Shown here in pieces: positions 48,077-58,105 of a DNA stretch of 64,000 bases (the first letter of the stretch is position 1; each line of letters opens with the position of its first letter). A program made the translations under genes and the position numbers. The notes below the pieces were generated by a model. That model saw only the letters and a list, made by a program, of their open reading frames with translations. It had not been told where the DNA came from and searched no databases. This DNA is from Candidatus Krumholzibacteriota bacterium (GTDB lineage Bacteria; Krumholzibacteriota; Krumholzibacteriia; JAJRXK01), in NCBI GenBank assembly GCA_963727455.1, contig CAVSGG010000009.1:64001-128000 (forward strand), read 5' to 3'.

Positions 48077-49441
48077 CTAGGATTCGCCCACCAAAATGGT
48101 GGTCGTGTGCTCGCTCATCTTCACCGGCTCGGCTTCCTCGTCCGGAATTCCCAAATAGCCCGCGACGGCCTGCGGCACCCTCGCATACCACACCGTGGCG
48201 GTCACCTGCACCGTTCCAGCCGCGATCTCCTCGGGGAGGGTCCAGCGGAAGGATTCGTTGACGGCCTTGAGCGGGGCGAGACGGTAGTCGGGTCCGAATC
48301 CAGCCGTGTTCCACTGGGCGATCGTCATGCGGCCCTGAGGATCGAGATAGGGCATCCGGAAGATGCGGTCGCCCGCGGGAACCGGTGCATCCCGAAGCAG
48401 CCCAGCGAATTCGTCGAGATCCTGGATGTCCCCGATGTCCTGGTACGCCATTGCGCTGGCCGATGCCACCGTCCATTCCTCGCCTTCGAATCCCTTCAAC
48501 TCGACCGGCAAGTGATAGATCTTCCCCGCCGCATCCACGGCTCTCACGTCGAGCCACACCATTCTTTCCTCAGCCGATCCCGAAGGAATCATGTGCGCGG
48601 CCTTAGCGTTCACCACCGTCGCGGTGAATTGCGTCTCGTCCCCCGCCTGCGCCTGCGCACGGAGGGGGTGAATGCGAACTTCCACCGCTCCGGCCAGCTT
48701 GCCCAGGTCGTGCGCGCCATGGAAGAGATGTTGACGTACATCGGGATGGTCCAAGCCACCGGCGTCGGGGGCAGAGTTCCCTGCCGCGGGCGGCATGTGG
48801 CAATCCTGGCACACGATCCCGGCCTTGGCCTGGGGACTGTCCTTCCATTCGAGATGCGTGGCCTTCACCCACTGACCCCACGGGTCCTTTTCGTTGTGAC
48901 AGGTGCCGCAGAATTCGGCGCTCATGAGGAAGGGGTTGGCTTGAATCGCATGGACCGGGCTCTCGGTTCCCTCACGCACACCCTGCTTGGCTGGGCCCGG
49001 CTGTACGATGTAGTTGAAGTTGAACGGCACATCGCCCGCAAAGCCGGTGATGGAGTGACAGAGATCGCAACTCACTCCCTCGTTGGCGCGCGTTCCTTCC
49101 GCGGGACGGCCGGGGGGAATGTCGCCGGCAAGAAACGCCAGAGGTGCGTGACATCCGTTGCACCCCGCCTTGACTCCCGCCACCTTCGCGAACTTCTCCG
49201 CGTGCGGTAACGCCAGCTTGAAGTATTCGATTTCGTCCCAGTGGTGAGTGAAGCTCTGTGACATCAGTGACTGTTCATATTGGGGCACGATGTTCACGTG
49301 ACACTCGAGACAGGTCTGATTGGTCTCGAAATCGTCATAGCTCCTCGTGCCCAGTGCGGCGTCGCCCGCGGGCGCGTCGGCGTGAGCAACCCATGGCAAA
49401 ACACAGAAAAGAGTGAATAGAGCGAACACGGTCGACTTCAT
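48077..49441 (-). CDS. Exported multiheme c-type cytochrome (5 CxxCH)
   Basis: Signal peptide; CLECH, CNGCH, CDLCH, CGTCH, CQDCH. Confidence 0.92.
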   Translation of the reverse strand: MKSTVFALFTLFCVLPWVAHADAPAGDAALGTRSYDDFETNQTCLECHVNIVPQYEQSLMSQSFTHHWDEIEYFKLALPHAEKFAKVAGVKAGCNGCHAPLAFLAGDIPPGRPAEGTRANEGVSCDLCHSITGFAGDVPFNFNYIVQPGPAKQGVREGTESPVHAIQANPFLMSAEFCGTCHNEKDPWGQWVKATHLEWKDSPQAKAGIVCQDCHMPPAAGNSAPDAGGLDHPDVRQHLFHGAHDLGKLAGAVEVRIHPLRAQAQAGDETQFTATVVNAKAAHMIPSGSAEERMVWLDVRAVDAAGKIYHLPVELKGFEGEEWTVASASAMAYQDIGDIQDLDEFAGLLRDAPVPAGDRIFRMPYLDPQGRMTIAQWNTAGFGPDYRLAPLKAVNESFRWTLPEEIAAGTVQVTATVWYARVPQAVAGYLGIPDEEAEPVKMSEHTTTILVGES

Positions 49442-49717
49442 GGGTTTCCTCCTTGGCACTTGGGATCCATGGGAACTGCCGCGAAGATAGAACTTCGTCG
49501 CGGGAGATCCTAGCCTGCCGCTTCGCACGAGACTTCGACTTTCGACTGTCCTGATTTCGCTGAGGAAAGCCCCCCGTTGCGAGGGGCGGCCCGAGTCCAG
49601 GGGCGCATGCGTTTACTGTCCGTATACATTCGAATTTCGCTCGGCCCGAGTCCTCGTGATGGAGCCGTAGACTCGGATTGGAGTTCGACGGCGTTCGCGC
49701 CGCCAAAACACTCGGGC

Positions 49718-50137
49718 CTAGCGCGGCGAAGCGGCGCGGCGAGCGAAGAAGAAGTAGAGCGCCGCCCACACGAAATCACCCGCAGCGAGAAGACAATAGG
49801 CCAAGGCTCCTTGGGGGCGATGCCAGAAGACGATTCCCAAAATTCCCAAGGCTCCGGTCACGCGCATCGCGATGGAGAGATCGACCAAGGGTGGGCAGCG
49901 ACGGGCGGTCTCTGCCGCGGTCAGATAGACCAAGGGGAGCACGAGCAGGGGCAAAGTCGCCAAACGGAACAGAAAGGGCGAGCACGGCGCAGGATGCGAG
50001 AAGAGCGAGAAGAGCCATGTCGGCATGGCCAAGAGCAAGATGAACCAGAGCCAGTCGTAGAGCGCACTCAAACGCAAGATGAGAATCAGAGGACGCAGGG
50101 AGCTCGGTTGGATTTTGGGTGATTCCACAAGTCTCAC
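49718..50137 (-). CDS. Hypothetical membrane protein (about 4 TM)
   Basis: Hydrophobic 139-aa ORF co-oriented with neighbours. Confidence 0.65.
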   Translation of the reverse strand: MRLVESPKIQPSSLRPLILILRLSALYDWLWFILLLAMPTWLFSLFSHPAPCSPFLFRLATLPLLVLPLVYLTAAETARRCPPLVDLSIAMRVTGALGILGIVFWHRPQGALAYCLLAAGDFVWAALYFFFARRAASPR

Positions 50138-50161
50138 TCTCCCGTCGTTTCCGTTCGACCG

Positions 50162-50875
50162 CTAGATGCTGAAGAGGGTCTCTACCGTTCCTCCCAGAGC
50201 GTCTTCGCTCAGAAGGGCCTCGGCCATCCCCACGTGTAGTCGAGACCCCATGGCGCGTCTCTGGGCGAGCAGGATGTCCAGGATCGACTGCGGACCGCGA
50301 CCGATGGGCATCTGACTCGCGTAGGCCTGAATGGCGCGCGTGAGCGTCTCTTCATGTTCGGAGACATCCACGACAAAACTGGGGTGCACGGTTTCGGGCA
50401 GCATGTAGTAGAAGAGCCGCTTCACCTGGTGAGGTTCTCCCTGGGGTAGAGCCTTGCGCAGGCGTGCCAGCTTGCAGCCATCGCGAGCCAAGAGACCCGC
50501 GGCGAGATGATCCACGTTGGCTCTTCCGTCGAGGTGGCTGGCTCGATTGTCGGGATAGGGCGCCAGGACCAGTGTGGGTCGGAGTTCTCGCAGGAGCTGC
50601 GCGATGCGCACTCGACTCTCTCGATCGTTTTCGACACCCGTGTCCTTGAAGTCGAGGATTCGGTGTTCACAGCCCAGAATTCGCGCCGCTTCCGCCGCTT
50701 CGCGCGCGCGCCCTTCAGGCGATCCCCAGCTGCCCGCCTCTCCGGCGGTGAGAGCGACAATCATGATTCGGCGCCCCGCCGCGCTCATGGCGGCCACGAT
50801 TCCGCCAATCGCCATTTCCGCGTCGTCGGGATGTGCGCCAATCACGAGCGCGTCGAGAGAATCTTGCTTGGACAT
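50162..50875 (-). CDS. PIG-L family deacetylase (BshB1-like)
   Basis: IGAHPDDAE, LTAGEAG, VDH, VVDVS, AYASQ. Confidence 0.88.
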   Translation of the reverse strand: MSKQDSLDALVIGAHPDDAEMAIGGIVAAMSAAGRRIMIVALTAGEAGSWGSPEGRAREAAEAARILGCEHRILDFKDTGVENDRESRVRIAQLLRELRPTLVLAPYPDNRASHLDGRANVDHLAAGLLARDGCKLARLRKALPQGEPHQVKRLFYYMLPETVHPSFVVDVSEHEETLTRAIQAYASQMPIGRGPQSILDILLAQRRAMGSRLHVGMAEALLSEDALGGTVETLFSI

Positions 50876-51042
50876 GTCGTGATGGTATCCACAGGCCTCG
50901 CAGGGCACAAGCTCTTCCCCTCTCACGCCTGCGCTGATGCCCCAAATGCACTGAGGCTTGCGCTTTAGCGCGACCCCGATAAACTAGGGGCTCCTTGGGA
51001 AAGCAGAAAATCCATTCGAACGGAGCGAAAAGGAGACTTTCC

Positions 51043-52065
51043 GTGAGACTACTTGCGACCCTCATGAGCATCCTTCTGTTGGGCCCGCTTCTTGGCAGTG
51101 GAGTCTCCCGGGCGGAGGACGAAGTGACGCCGGGACCGTGGCAATTCGAAATGCTCGCGGGGCTCAACCTCAACCAGAGCGCGTTCTCGAACAACTGGAG
51201 CGGCGGAGACCGAGGGTCCTACGCCTGGGCCATCAAGTCCGATCTGCGCGCGGAACGTCAATTCACGCAGGCCTTCAACTGGACGAACACCCTGAGCCTG
51301 GCCTACGGCCTCACCGCCAAGCAGGTGCCCAAGCCCGACAAGCCGCAAGAGAAGGTCTGGGATCACCCCCAGAAGAGCGACGACCAGATCCTGCTGGAAT
51401 CGACGGCCCGTTGGGGCCAGACCTCGCTCAACCCCTACCTCCAGTTCCGCTTCGAGACGCAGTTCCTGGACAAGAGCGATCCACGCGGAGCTTTCAACTT
51501 CAATCCGCTACGCTTCAACGAAGTGGCCGGTATCACCAAGGTGTTTGAGAAGACCGAAAAGCGGGAAATCCTCACCCGACTCGGGTTCAGCCTGCGCGAG
51601 AACGTCGCCAGAACTTTTCAAGACCTGGCCGGCGATCAGACCACGACAAGCAGCACGATGGACGGTGGATTGGAATGGCAGAGCATCGCGGGCTTTCCCT
51701 TTTCCAAGGAACGTTTCACTTTGAACTCGCGTCTGGTTCTCTTTCTTCCCGTTTTCTACTCGGCCAAGAGTGATTTGGAAGCATTCGACCAGGACAGGAT
51801 CGATGCGGGAATTCCAGGCGACGCCGTCGCCGACTACTGGAAAGTGCCGAGCGCTGACTGGCAGAACACTCTCACGGCCAAGATCACCGACCTCATGTCG
51901 GTGAACCTGTTTTTTCAGCTCGTCTACGAGAAATTCGACTCGAGCACCAACCTGAATCCCGACTTGCCGCTGGACGTGCGCACGGCCAATGCCGACGTGG
52001 GTATCCGCAAGGCGGCGCAATGGAAACAGACTCTGGCCCTGAGCTTGAGTTACCGCTTCTTCTAG
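51043..52065 (+). CDS. DUF3078-like outer-membrane beta-barrel protein
   Basis: Signal peptide; LNLNQSAFSNNWSGG, WTNTLSLAYG, KSDDQI; C-terminal LSYRFF. Confidence 0.8.
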   Translation: MRLLATLMSILLLGPLLGSGVSRAEDEVTPGPWQFEMLAGLNLNQSAFSNNWSGGDRGSYAWAIKSDLRAERQFTQAFNWTNTLSLAYGLTAKQVPKPDKPQEKVWDHPQKSDDQILLESTARWGQTSLNPYLQFRFETQFLDKSDPRGAFNFNPLRFNEVAGITKVFEKTEKREILTRLGFSLRENVARTFQDLAGDQTTTSSTMDGGLEWQSIAGFPFSKERFTLNSRLVLFLPVFYSAKSDLEAFDQDRIDAGIPGDAVADYWKVPSADWQNTLTAKITDLMSVNLFFQLVYEKFDSSTNLNPDLPLDVRTANADVGIRKAAQWKQTLALSLSYRFF

Positions 52066-52111
52066 TCCGCGAGCTTCAACGACAATTTCCCCGTTCAAGG
52101 AACGTTTCGAC

Positions 52112-52945
52112 ATGGACAGCCAATCCGTACAGGGCCTCTACCTCACCATTCAAGACCTTGCCGTTGCCTACGGTGGACGCATTCTCGGCGCCATCGCCAT
52201 TCTCATCCTGGGGAGAATTGCCGCGGGGATCATCTCCAGGGGCGTTCACCGGGGCTTGAACAAAGCGAAGGTCGACACCGCGCTGGGTAACTTCGTGGCC
52301 AAGCTGGCCTATTTCGGCGTCTGGATCTTCGCACTCCTCGCGTCGCTGGAAGCCTTCGGCGTGAAGACGACCTCCTTCGTTGCCGTACTGGGTGCCGCCG
52401 GTTTGGCAGTGGGTTTGGCTCTGCAGGGCTCGCTCTCGAATTTCGCCGCGGGGGTGATGATCCTGCTCTTCCGGCCCTTCCGCATCGGTGACTTCATCGA
52501 AGCAGCGGGCGTGAGAGGGAAAGTCGTCGAGATCAGCGTCTTCACCACCATCCTCCACACTCCCGACAACCAGAAGATGATCGTGCCCAACAGCGGGATC
52601 ATGGGCGGCAACATCATCAACGTCACCGCCCTGGATACCCGCAGAGTCGATATCACGGCGGGCATCGCCTATGACGACGACATCGACAAGGCCAAGCGGG
52701 TCTTCCTGGAACTCTGTACCAACCACCCGAAGGTCCTGCAAGATCCGGCGCCGGTGGTCAAGTTGTCATCACTGGGGGATTCCTCGGTGAACTTCTCGAT
52801 CCGGCCGTGGTCGAAGACGGAAGACTATTGGGACGTCTACTTCGACCTGAACGAACAGATCAAGAAGGCCTGCGACGAGAACGGTTTGAGCATTCCGTTC
52901 CCCCAGCGGGACGTGCATCTCTTCCAGGCGTCCAGCGGAACCTAG
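52112..52945 (+). CDS. mscS: Small-conductance mechanosensitive channel
   Basis: GAAGLAVGLALQGSLSNFAAG, RPFRIGD, IPFPQRDVH. Confidence 0.95.
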   Translation: MDSQSVQGLYLTIQDLAVAYGGRILGAIAILILGRIAAGIISRGVHRGLNKAKVDTALGNFVAKLAYFGVWIFALLASLEAFGVKTTSFVAVLGAAGLAVGLALQGSLSNFAAGVMILLFRPFRIGDFIEAAGVRGKVVEISVFTTILHTPDNQKMIVPNSGIMGGNIINVTALDTRRVDITAGIAYDDDIDKAKRVFLELCTNHPKVLQDPAPVVKLSSLGDSSVNFSIRPWSKTEDYWDVYFDLNEQIKKACDENGLSIPFPQRDVHLFQASSGT

Positions 52946-53147
52946 CCGCGGGCTCTCTTCGCCGGCCGGTTCCTGGCGAGCGATCCGCCCTCATTGGGCG
53001 TGCTATTGATCGCGGGGGACCCATTACTTAGCTTGGGAGGAAGGATCCGCGCAATTCGCGGGTCCTTTCGGTCTTGAAGCCCCCGATTGCCGGCGCTTCC
53101 GTACGGAGAGAACTTCCGCGGAGTTCGCCAGGGAGACAGAGTACCAG

Positions 53148-54416
53148 ATGCAGCTTCATGCCCCATGGAGGCCACTTGGAGTGTTGGGGGTCTCCCTGCT
53201 CTGCTGCTGCCTCTTTGCTTGCAGCAATTCCTCGACCGAACCGGTCCCGGATCAGGCCCCCGATACCAGCATCGTTTCGGCGCCCAGAAGTGACATCCCC
53301 AACTCCTACCGCGTCTCGATCGCGTGGCTCGGCAACGACCCGGATGGGCAGGTCGCATCCTTCCAGTGGCGCATGAGCGATGACGGCGCCGACGGAGTCG
53401 TCGATCCCCAGGACACTCTGGGACTCGCCTGGCACTCCACCGCGATCAGCGACTCCACTTTCGATACTTCGGCAGAGTTGGATTCTTTCGCCGCCGATGT
53501 CGCCAACCCCGCCATCACCGACCCCATCGATTTCAGGAACTGGCAGGTTCACACATTTTTCGTGCGCGCGGTCGATCAACACGGAAACATCGATCCGACC
53601 CCGGCCTCGGTCACCTTCACCGTCACCACCGTTCTGCCCCAAGTGGAGTTCGATCTGCCCACGCTGAGCGAGGATGTCTGCCAGGCCACGAACACCACGG
53701 TTGGACTCGGAATCGAAACCAGCGACGAGGATGATCCTTTGAAGATCGCCAGCGAATTCCGCTACGCCTGGGTGCCCGTGCAAGACCTCGACCCCTCGCT
53801 TTTCGACGGCACCGGAGTGAGTCCCCCGCAGGCGGGAGACTGCCTCACGCGCGCGCAGTACGAAATGCTCGACTCGACCCGGTTGTTCACGGAGAGCGAC
53901 TGGTCCTCCTGGATGCCCTTCGAGATCACCAGCCAACCCGAGGTAGACTTGAGCCGCTCCACGCTCTCGCCGGGCAGCTCCTGGTTTCTCGCGGTGCAGG
54001 CGCGCGATCGGGCGAAGGCCGTCACGACGACCTTTCGCTGGAACCGCAATCTCTTCCACTTCCACGTGGACGGAGGCTTCTTCCCCGCGCTTCACGTGAC
54101 CGATCCCAGCGCCGGAGAGAGGGACTTCGAGGGTGAGGCCACGACTGCCGTCAACCTGGGAGCCTACGGCGATTCCACTCTCACCTTCAGCTGGACCGCC
54201 AGCGCGGAGAGCTACGCGGGAGTGATCTCGGACTACCGTTATGCCTTCGATGCGGCCGATCCCCTCAACGTCGAAGAGTCCGAATGGGATACCCCCTGGG
54301 CCAATGCCAGCTCCACGAGTGTCCAGCTGGATTCTGGCGCCCACAATTTGGCCATCGCGGTCCGGGACAATTCCGGAGCCATCACCAGGGCCGTCTATCT
54401 CTTCAGCGTCAACTAG
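53148..54416 (+). CDS. Hypothetical lipoprotein with Ig/Fn3-like repeats
   Basis: LFAC lipobox; APDTSI, WLGNDPDGQV, HTFFVRAVDQHGNIDPTPA. Confidence 0.75.
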   Translation: MQLHAPWRPLGVLGVSLLCCCLFACSNSSTEPVPDQAPDTSIVSAPRSDIPNSYRVSIAWLGNDPDGQVASFQWRMSDDGADGVVDPQDTLGLAWHSTAISDSTFDTSAELDSFAADVANPAITDPIDFRNWQVHTFFVRAVDQHGNIDPTPASVTFTVTTVLPQVEFDLPTLSEDVCQATNTTVGLGIETSDEDDPLKIASEFRYAWVPVQDLDPSLFDGTGVSPPQAGDCLTRAQYEMLDSTRLFTESDWSSWMPFEITSQPEVDLSRSTLSPGSSWFLAVQARDRAKAVTTTFRWNRNLFHFHVDGGFFPALHVTDPSAGERDFEGEATTAVNLGAYGDSTLTFSWTASAESYAGVISDYRYAFDAADPLNVEESEWDTPWANASSTSVQLDSGAHNLAIAVRDNSGAITRAVYLFSVN

Positions 54417-54520
54417 AATCCAGGTTCTCCTTCCCTGCCGCCAGCTGGCGACTACAATTGGGTGCGAGAGGTTGCCGTTCGGCAGCAAGGGCCGGCTCCC
54501 GTCTGGCGAGGAGGAGTACC

Positions 54521-55033
54521 ATGGACGAAGCCAAGAAGCAGCGCATGATCGAGATCCTGAAGGAAGCGGTCATGACCGAGATCAAGGGCCACCAGCTCTA
54601 TTCTCACGCAGCGGAGACCACCGAGGATAACGCCGCCAAAGCCATGTTCGAGGACATGGCCAAGGACGAAGAGCAACACGTACGTATCCTCCAGACCCAG
54701 CTCGAGAACTACACCAACGAAGGCCGGCTCAAGTTGGACGAGATCCATCCCGCCGCGGTGGATCACGGCGCCGCGCACATCATCGACGACAGCTTTCGCA
54801 AATCGCTGCGCCGGGGAGCGTTCGAGATGGCGGTGATCGGAATTGGTGTCGATTTGGAGAACCGCGCGATCTCCTATTACAAGGAACAGGCCGAGAAGTC
54901 GGATGATCCGGAGCTGCGGAAGCTCTTCACCTGGTTGAGCGAATGGGAAGTCGGCCACTTGAACGCGCTGATGGATCTGCAGAAATTCACGCAGGACGAA
55001 TACTGGTCGCAGCAGGGCTTCGCGCCCATGTAG
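54521..55033 (+). CDS. Ferritin-like/rubrerythrin family di-iron protein
   Basis: Duplicated E..G..Y / EEQH and E..A..YY / EVGH pattern; SD GAGGAG. Confidence 0.88.
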   Translation: MDEAKKQRMIEILKEAVMTEIKGHQLYSHAAETTEDNAAKAMFEDMAKDEEQHVRILQTQLENYTNEGRLKLDEIHPAAVDHGAAHIIDDSFRKSLRRGAFEMAVIGIGVDLENRAISYYKEQAEKSDDPELRKLFTWLSEWEVGHLNALMDLQKFTQDEYWSQQGFAPM

Positions 55034-55064
55034 GCCGCTCGCCCGGCGCCATCAAGAGAAAAAC

Positions 55065-55331
55065 TCAGAGGTGGAGGATGAGTTCGCCTCCCCAACGGCT
55101 GACCCGGCGGATCTCCCGCAAGGGAACGATCTGATCCACCTTCTCCATGGACTTGCGCTTGGGAGCCTCGTAGCCCAGGCGCAGGTAGTCATCTCCCACC
55201 TCGGTGATGGTCGCGAGATAGGTCTCGAGCTGCACGGTATCGCGCATGACCGACTCGGAGAAGCTGCGCGGATTGACCACGGTCACGTCCTTGTCGACCC
55301 AAGTGAGCAAAATGTCACGCAAGCAAGCCAT
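55065..55331 (-). CDS. Small hypothetical protein (possible Sm-like fold)
   Basis: 88 aa with SD GAGG; KDVTVV...ATITEVGDDYLRL...IVPLREIRRV. Confidence 0.65.
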   Translation of the reverse strand: MACLRDILLTWVDKDVTVVNPRSFSESVMRDTVQLETYLATITEVGDDYLRLGYEAPKRKSMEKVDQIVPLREIRRVSRWGGELILHL

Positions 55332-55475
55332 GGGCACCTCTGGGCTGCAGGGATTGTGGACCCCTGGATTGTAGACCCAGTGGGGAGCTCTCTCCAAGCC
55401 CCGGCTTGGCTTGCGCGGGAAGCGGGAGGCGGTATTCTCCTCACGGCCTTCTAGCTCTCGCCCGGGAGTCAGCGC

Positions 55476-56858
55476 GTGGAAGAGAAGAATTCCGAATTGA
55501 TCGAATCCGTGAGCCGTATGCTGCGGGAAGTGCTGGCCGACTCAGAAGAGCATCCAGTTCTACCGTCTGTACCCCCCGAAGAGCTTGCGGCCCGGCTCGA
55601 TCTCGAGCTCGGCCGCGAAGGCCGGAGCCTGAGCCAGGTGGTCGACGATCTCGTCACCCTGGCGGCCAACACCCCCAGGACCAGTTCGCGACACTTCTTC
55701 AATCAGCTCTTCGGCGGTCGCGAGAGCGCTGCCGTCGTGGCGGAGACTTTGAGCGCGGTTCTCAACAATTCGATGTACACCTACAAGGCCGCGGGATCTC
55801 AGATCTTGCTCGAAAGTGAACTGCTGCGGCACATGGCCCATCTGGTGGACATGCCAAAGGCCGAGGGCTCGCTGCAGGCGGGGGGAAGCCTCTCCAACCT
55901 GCTCGGGCTCCTGCTGGCGCGCAATCGCGCCTTTCCCCAGTGGCGCGAGAAGGGACCGGCCGGGCAGAGACCCGTGCTCTACACTTCGAGCGAGTCGCAC
56001 TACTCCCTGCCGAAGGCGGCCGGCATTTTGGGCATCGGGCGGGAAAACCTGCGCCGCATCGCGGTGGACGAAAGAGGCAGGATGCTCCCGGAGGAGTTGG
56101 AGCGGCAGATTCTCGCCGATGAGCGCGCGGGCCGAACCCCCTTCTTCGTAAACGCGACCGCCGGCACCACCGTGCGCGGCGCCTTCGATCCTCTGAGCGA
56201 GCTGGCGCGGATCACCAGGCCACGCGGCCTCTGGTTGCACGTCGACGGCGCTTTCGGCGCCTCGGTCGCCCTCTCGCCGCGACGAAAGGGCCTTTTGAAG
56301 GGGATCGAGTTCGCGGACTCTCTCGCCTGGGACCCCCACAAGATGATGGGCGTACCCCTGCCCTGCTCGGTGCTGCTGACGCAGGAGCGAGGACTCTTGC
56401 GCGCGAGCCTCAGCGAGCGAGCGGACTATCTCTTCCAGGAGAACGACGAGGACGTGAACCCCGGCGATCGCAATCTCCACTGCGGAAGGCGAAACGATGC
56501 GCTCAAACTCTGGGCGGCCTGGCGTTACTTCGGGGATTCGGGATGGGAGCGGCGCATCGAGCGCCAGTTTGCGCTGGCGGGCTACGCGGCGCGGCGGATC
56601 GCGGAAATCGAGGAGCTGCGGCTCGTGGAGGATCCGCCCTGCATCACGGTGTGCTTCGAGGTGCCCGGCAAGAGTAGCGAAGCGGTGTGTCGCGAACTCG
56701 CCGAGCGGGGGCTGGCCAAGATCGGCTACGGGAAGGTGCGCGAGCGTAATGTGATCCGCCTGGTCACGGTGAATGCCGAGCTGAGCGAGAGCGATCTGGA
56801 GACGCTTCTGGCGCAGATTCTGGCGGTGTCCAGAACGCTCCCGCCCCTGGCGGGATGA
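55476..56858 (+). CDS. Group II PLP-dependent decarboxylase (GAD/CSAD-like)
   Basis: FFNQLFGG, GGSLSN, SHYS, ATAGTTVRGAFD, HVDGAFG, WDPHKMM. Confidence 0.92.
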   Translation: MEEKNSELIESVSRMLREVLADSEEHPVLPSVPPEELAARLDLELGREGRSLSQVVDDLVTLAANTPRTSSRHFFNQLFGGRESAAVVAETLSAVLNNSMYTYKAAGSQILLESELLRHMAHLVDMPKAEGSLQAGGSLSNLLGLLLARNRAFPQWREKGPAGQRPVLYTSSESHYSLPKAAGILGIGRENLRRIAVDERGRMLPEELERQILADERAGRTPFFVNATAGTTVRGAFDPLSELARITRPRGLWLHVDGAFGASVALSPRRKGLLKGIEFADSLAWDPHKMMGVPLPCSVLLTQERGLLRASLSERADYLFQENDEDVNPGDRNLHCGRRNDALKLWAAWRYFGDSGWERRIERQFALAGYAARRIAEIEELRLVEDPPCITVCFEVPGKSSEAVCRELAERGLAKIGYGKVRERNVIRLVTVNAELSESDLETLLAQILAVSRTLPPLAG

Positions 56859-57029
56859 GTCGGGCCGGCGCCGCCGGCGGGCGAGGCGAGCTTTGCGGCA
56901 GGGCTCGGTTGACGATGTCCTGGCGACGCGATAGCCTCCCCCATTCGAACTCGCGTTTCCTTCAGAGACAGGTCCGGCGGAAACGCGGCCGCAGCTCGCG
57001 CCGCTCCACGGACCCCAGGGATGAGACTC

Positions 57030-58007
57030 ATGCGAATTTTGTCGGGCGTCCAACCCACGGGAAAGCTCCATCTGGGCAACTATTTCGGCGCCATTCGACA
57101 GCATCTCGAATTGCAGGATGAGCCCGGCAATCAGTGCTTTTACTTCATCGCGGACTATCATGCCCTGACCACCGTGCATCAGCCCGAAGTCCTGCGGGAG
57201 AACATCCGCGAGGTCGCGCTCACCTATCTCGCGCTGGGACTCGATCCGAAGCGAACCGTCTTCTACCGTCAGAGTGATCTGCCGGAGGTCACCGAACTCA
57301 CCTGGATGCTCGCGAGCGTTACCGGCATGGGGCTCATCGAACGCGCGCATTCCTACAAGGACAAGGTCGGCCGCGGCATCAAGCCCAGCCTGGGCCTGTT
57401 CTACTACCCGGTGCTGATGGCGGCAGACATCCTCATCGTCAAAGGCGAGGTAGTTCCCGTCGGACAGGATCAGGTGCAGCATTTGGAGATGGCCCAGGAC
57501 ATGGCCGGCTACTTCAACAGCAGCTTCGGGACCGAAGCACTGGTGCGCCCGGAGTGGCGATTGAGCGCAACCCCCAAGGTGCCCGGCACCGACGGCCACA
57601 AGATGTCCAAGAGCTACGACAACACCATCTCGATCTTCTCCGAGGGGAAGGCCCTGAAGAAATCGGTCATGGGGATCGTGACGAAACCCATCGACCTGGG
57701 ACAGCCTCTTCCCACCGAAGACGACAACGTGCTCGGTCTGTACAGCTTGTTCGCGAAGCCGGAAGAGATCCAGCAGATGGAAGCCGACTACCGCGCCGGT
57801 TCCATCGGCTATGGCGAAGCGAAAAAGAGACTCTTGCAAAAGATCGACAGCCACTTCGCCCCAGCGCGTGAGCGCCGCCGTGAACTCTCGAAACAGCCCT
57901 CCTACCTCGAAGACGTGCTGGCAGACGGCGCCAAGCGGGCGCGGGAAGTGGCGGAACGAACCATGCAAGAATGCCGCGAAGCCTGTGGTCTCTCGCGCTC
58001 GATCTGA
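57030..58007 (+). CDS. trpS: Tryptophan--tRNA ligase
   Basis: SGVQPTGKLHLGNY, YPVLMAADIL, VPVGQDQVQHLE, KMSKS. Confidence 0.97.
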   Translation: MRILSGVQPTGKLHLGNYFGAIRQHLELQDEPGNQCFYFIADYHALTTVHQPEVLRENIREVALTYLALGLDPKRTVFYRQSDLPEVTELTWMLASVTGMGLIERAHSYKDKVGRGIKPSLGLFYYPVLMAADILIVKGEVVPVGQDQVQHLEMAQDMAGYFNSSFGTEALVRPEWRLSATPKVPGTDGHKMSKSYDNTISIFSEGKALKKSVMGIVTKPIDLGQPLPTEDDNVLGLYSLFAKPEEIQQMEADYRAGSIGYGEAKKRLLQKIDSHFAPARERRRELSKQPSYLEDVLADGAKRAREVAERTMQECREACGLSRSI

Positions 58008-58105
58008 GCCGAATTCGGCCCCCAATTGGCCCTTCTTGCGCCTTTTTTGCAGTTTCGGCAACTTATCCACCACACCGGTCTATAAAGACAAGGATGGAAA
58101 TCAGG

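Noticed and set aside
49555-49600. RNase P-like GAGGAAAG motif
   Set aside because: Lacks GTCC continuation and the 3' ACAGAA..CGGCTTA element.
56860-57030. T-box leader upstream of trpS
   Set aside because: No GGTGGNACCGCG T-box core or terminator seen.
55560-58073. 837-aa minus-strand ORF
   Set aside because: Antisense shadow of trpS and the decarboxylase in high-GC DNA.
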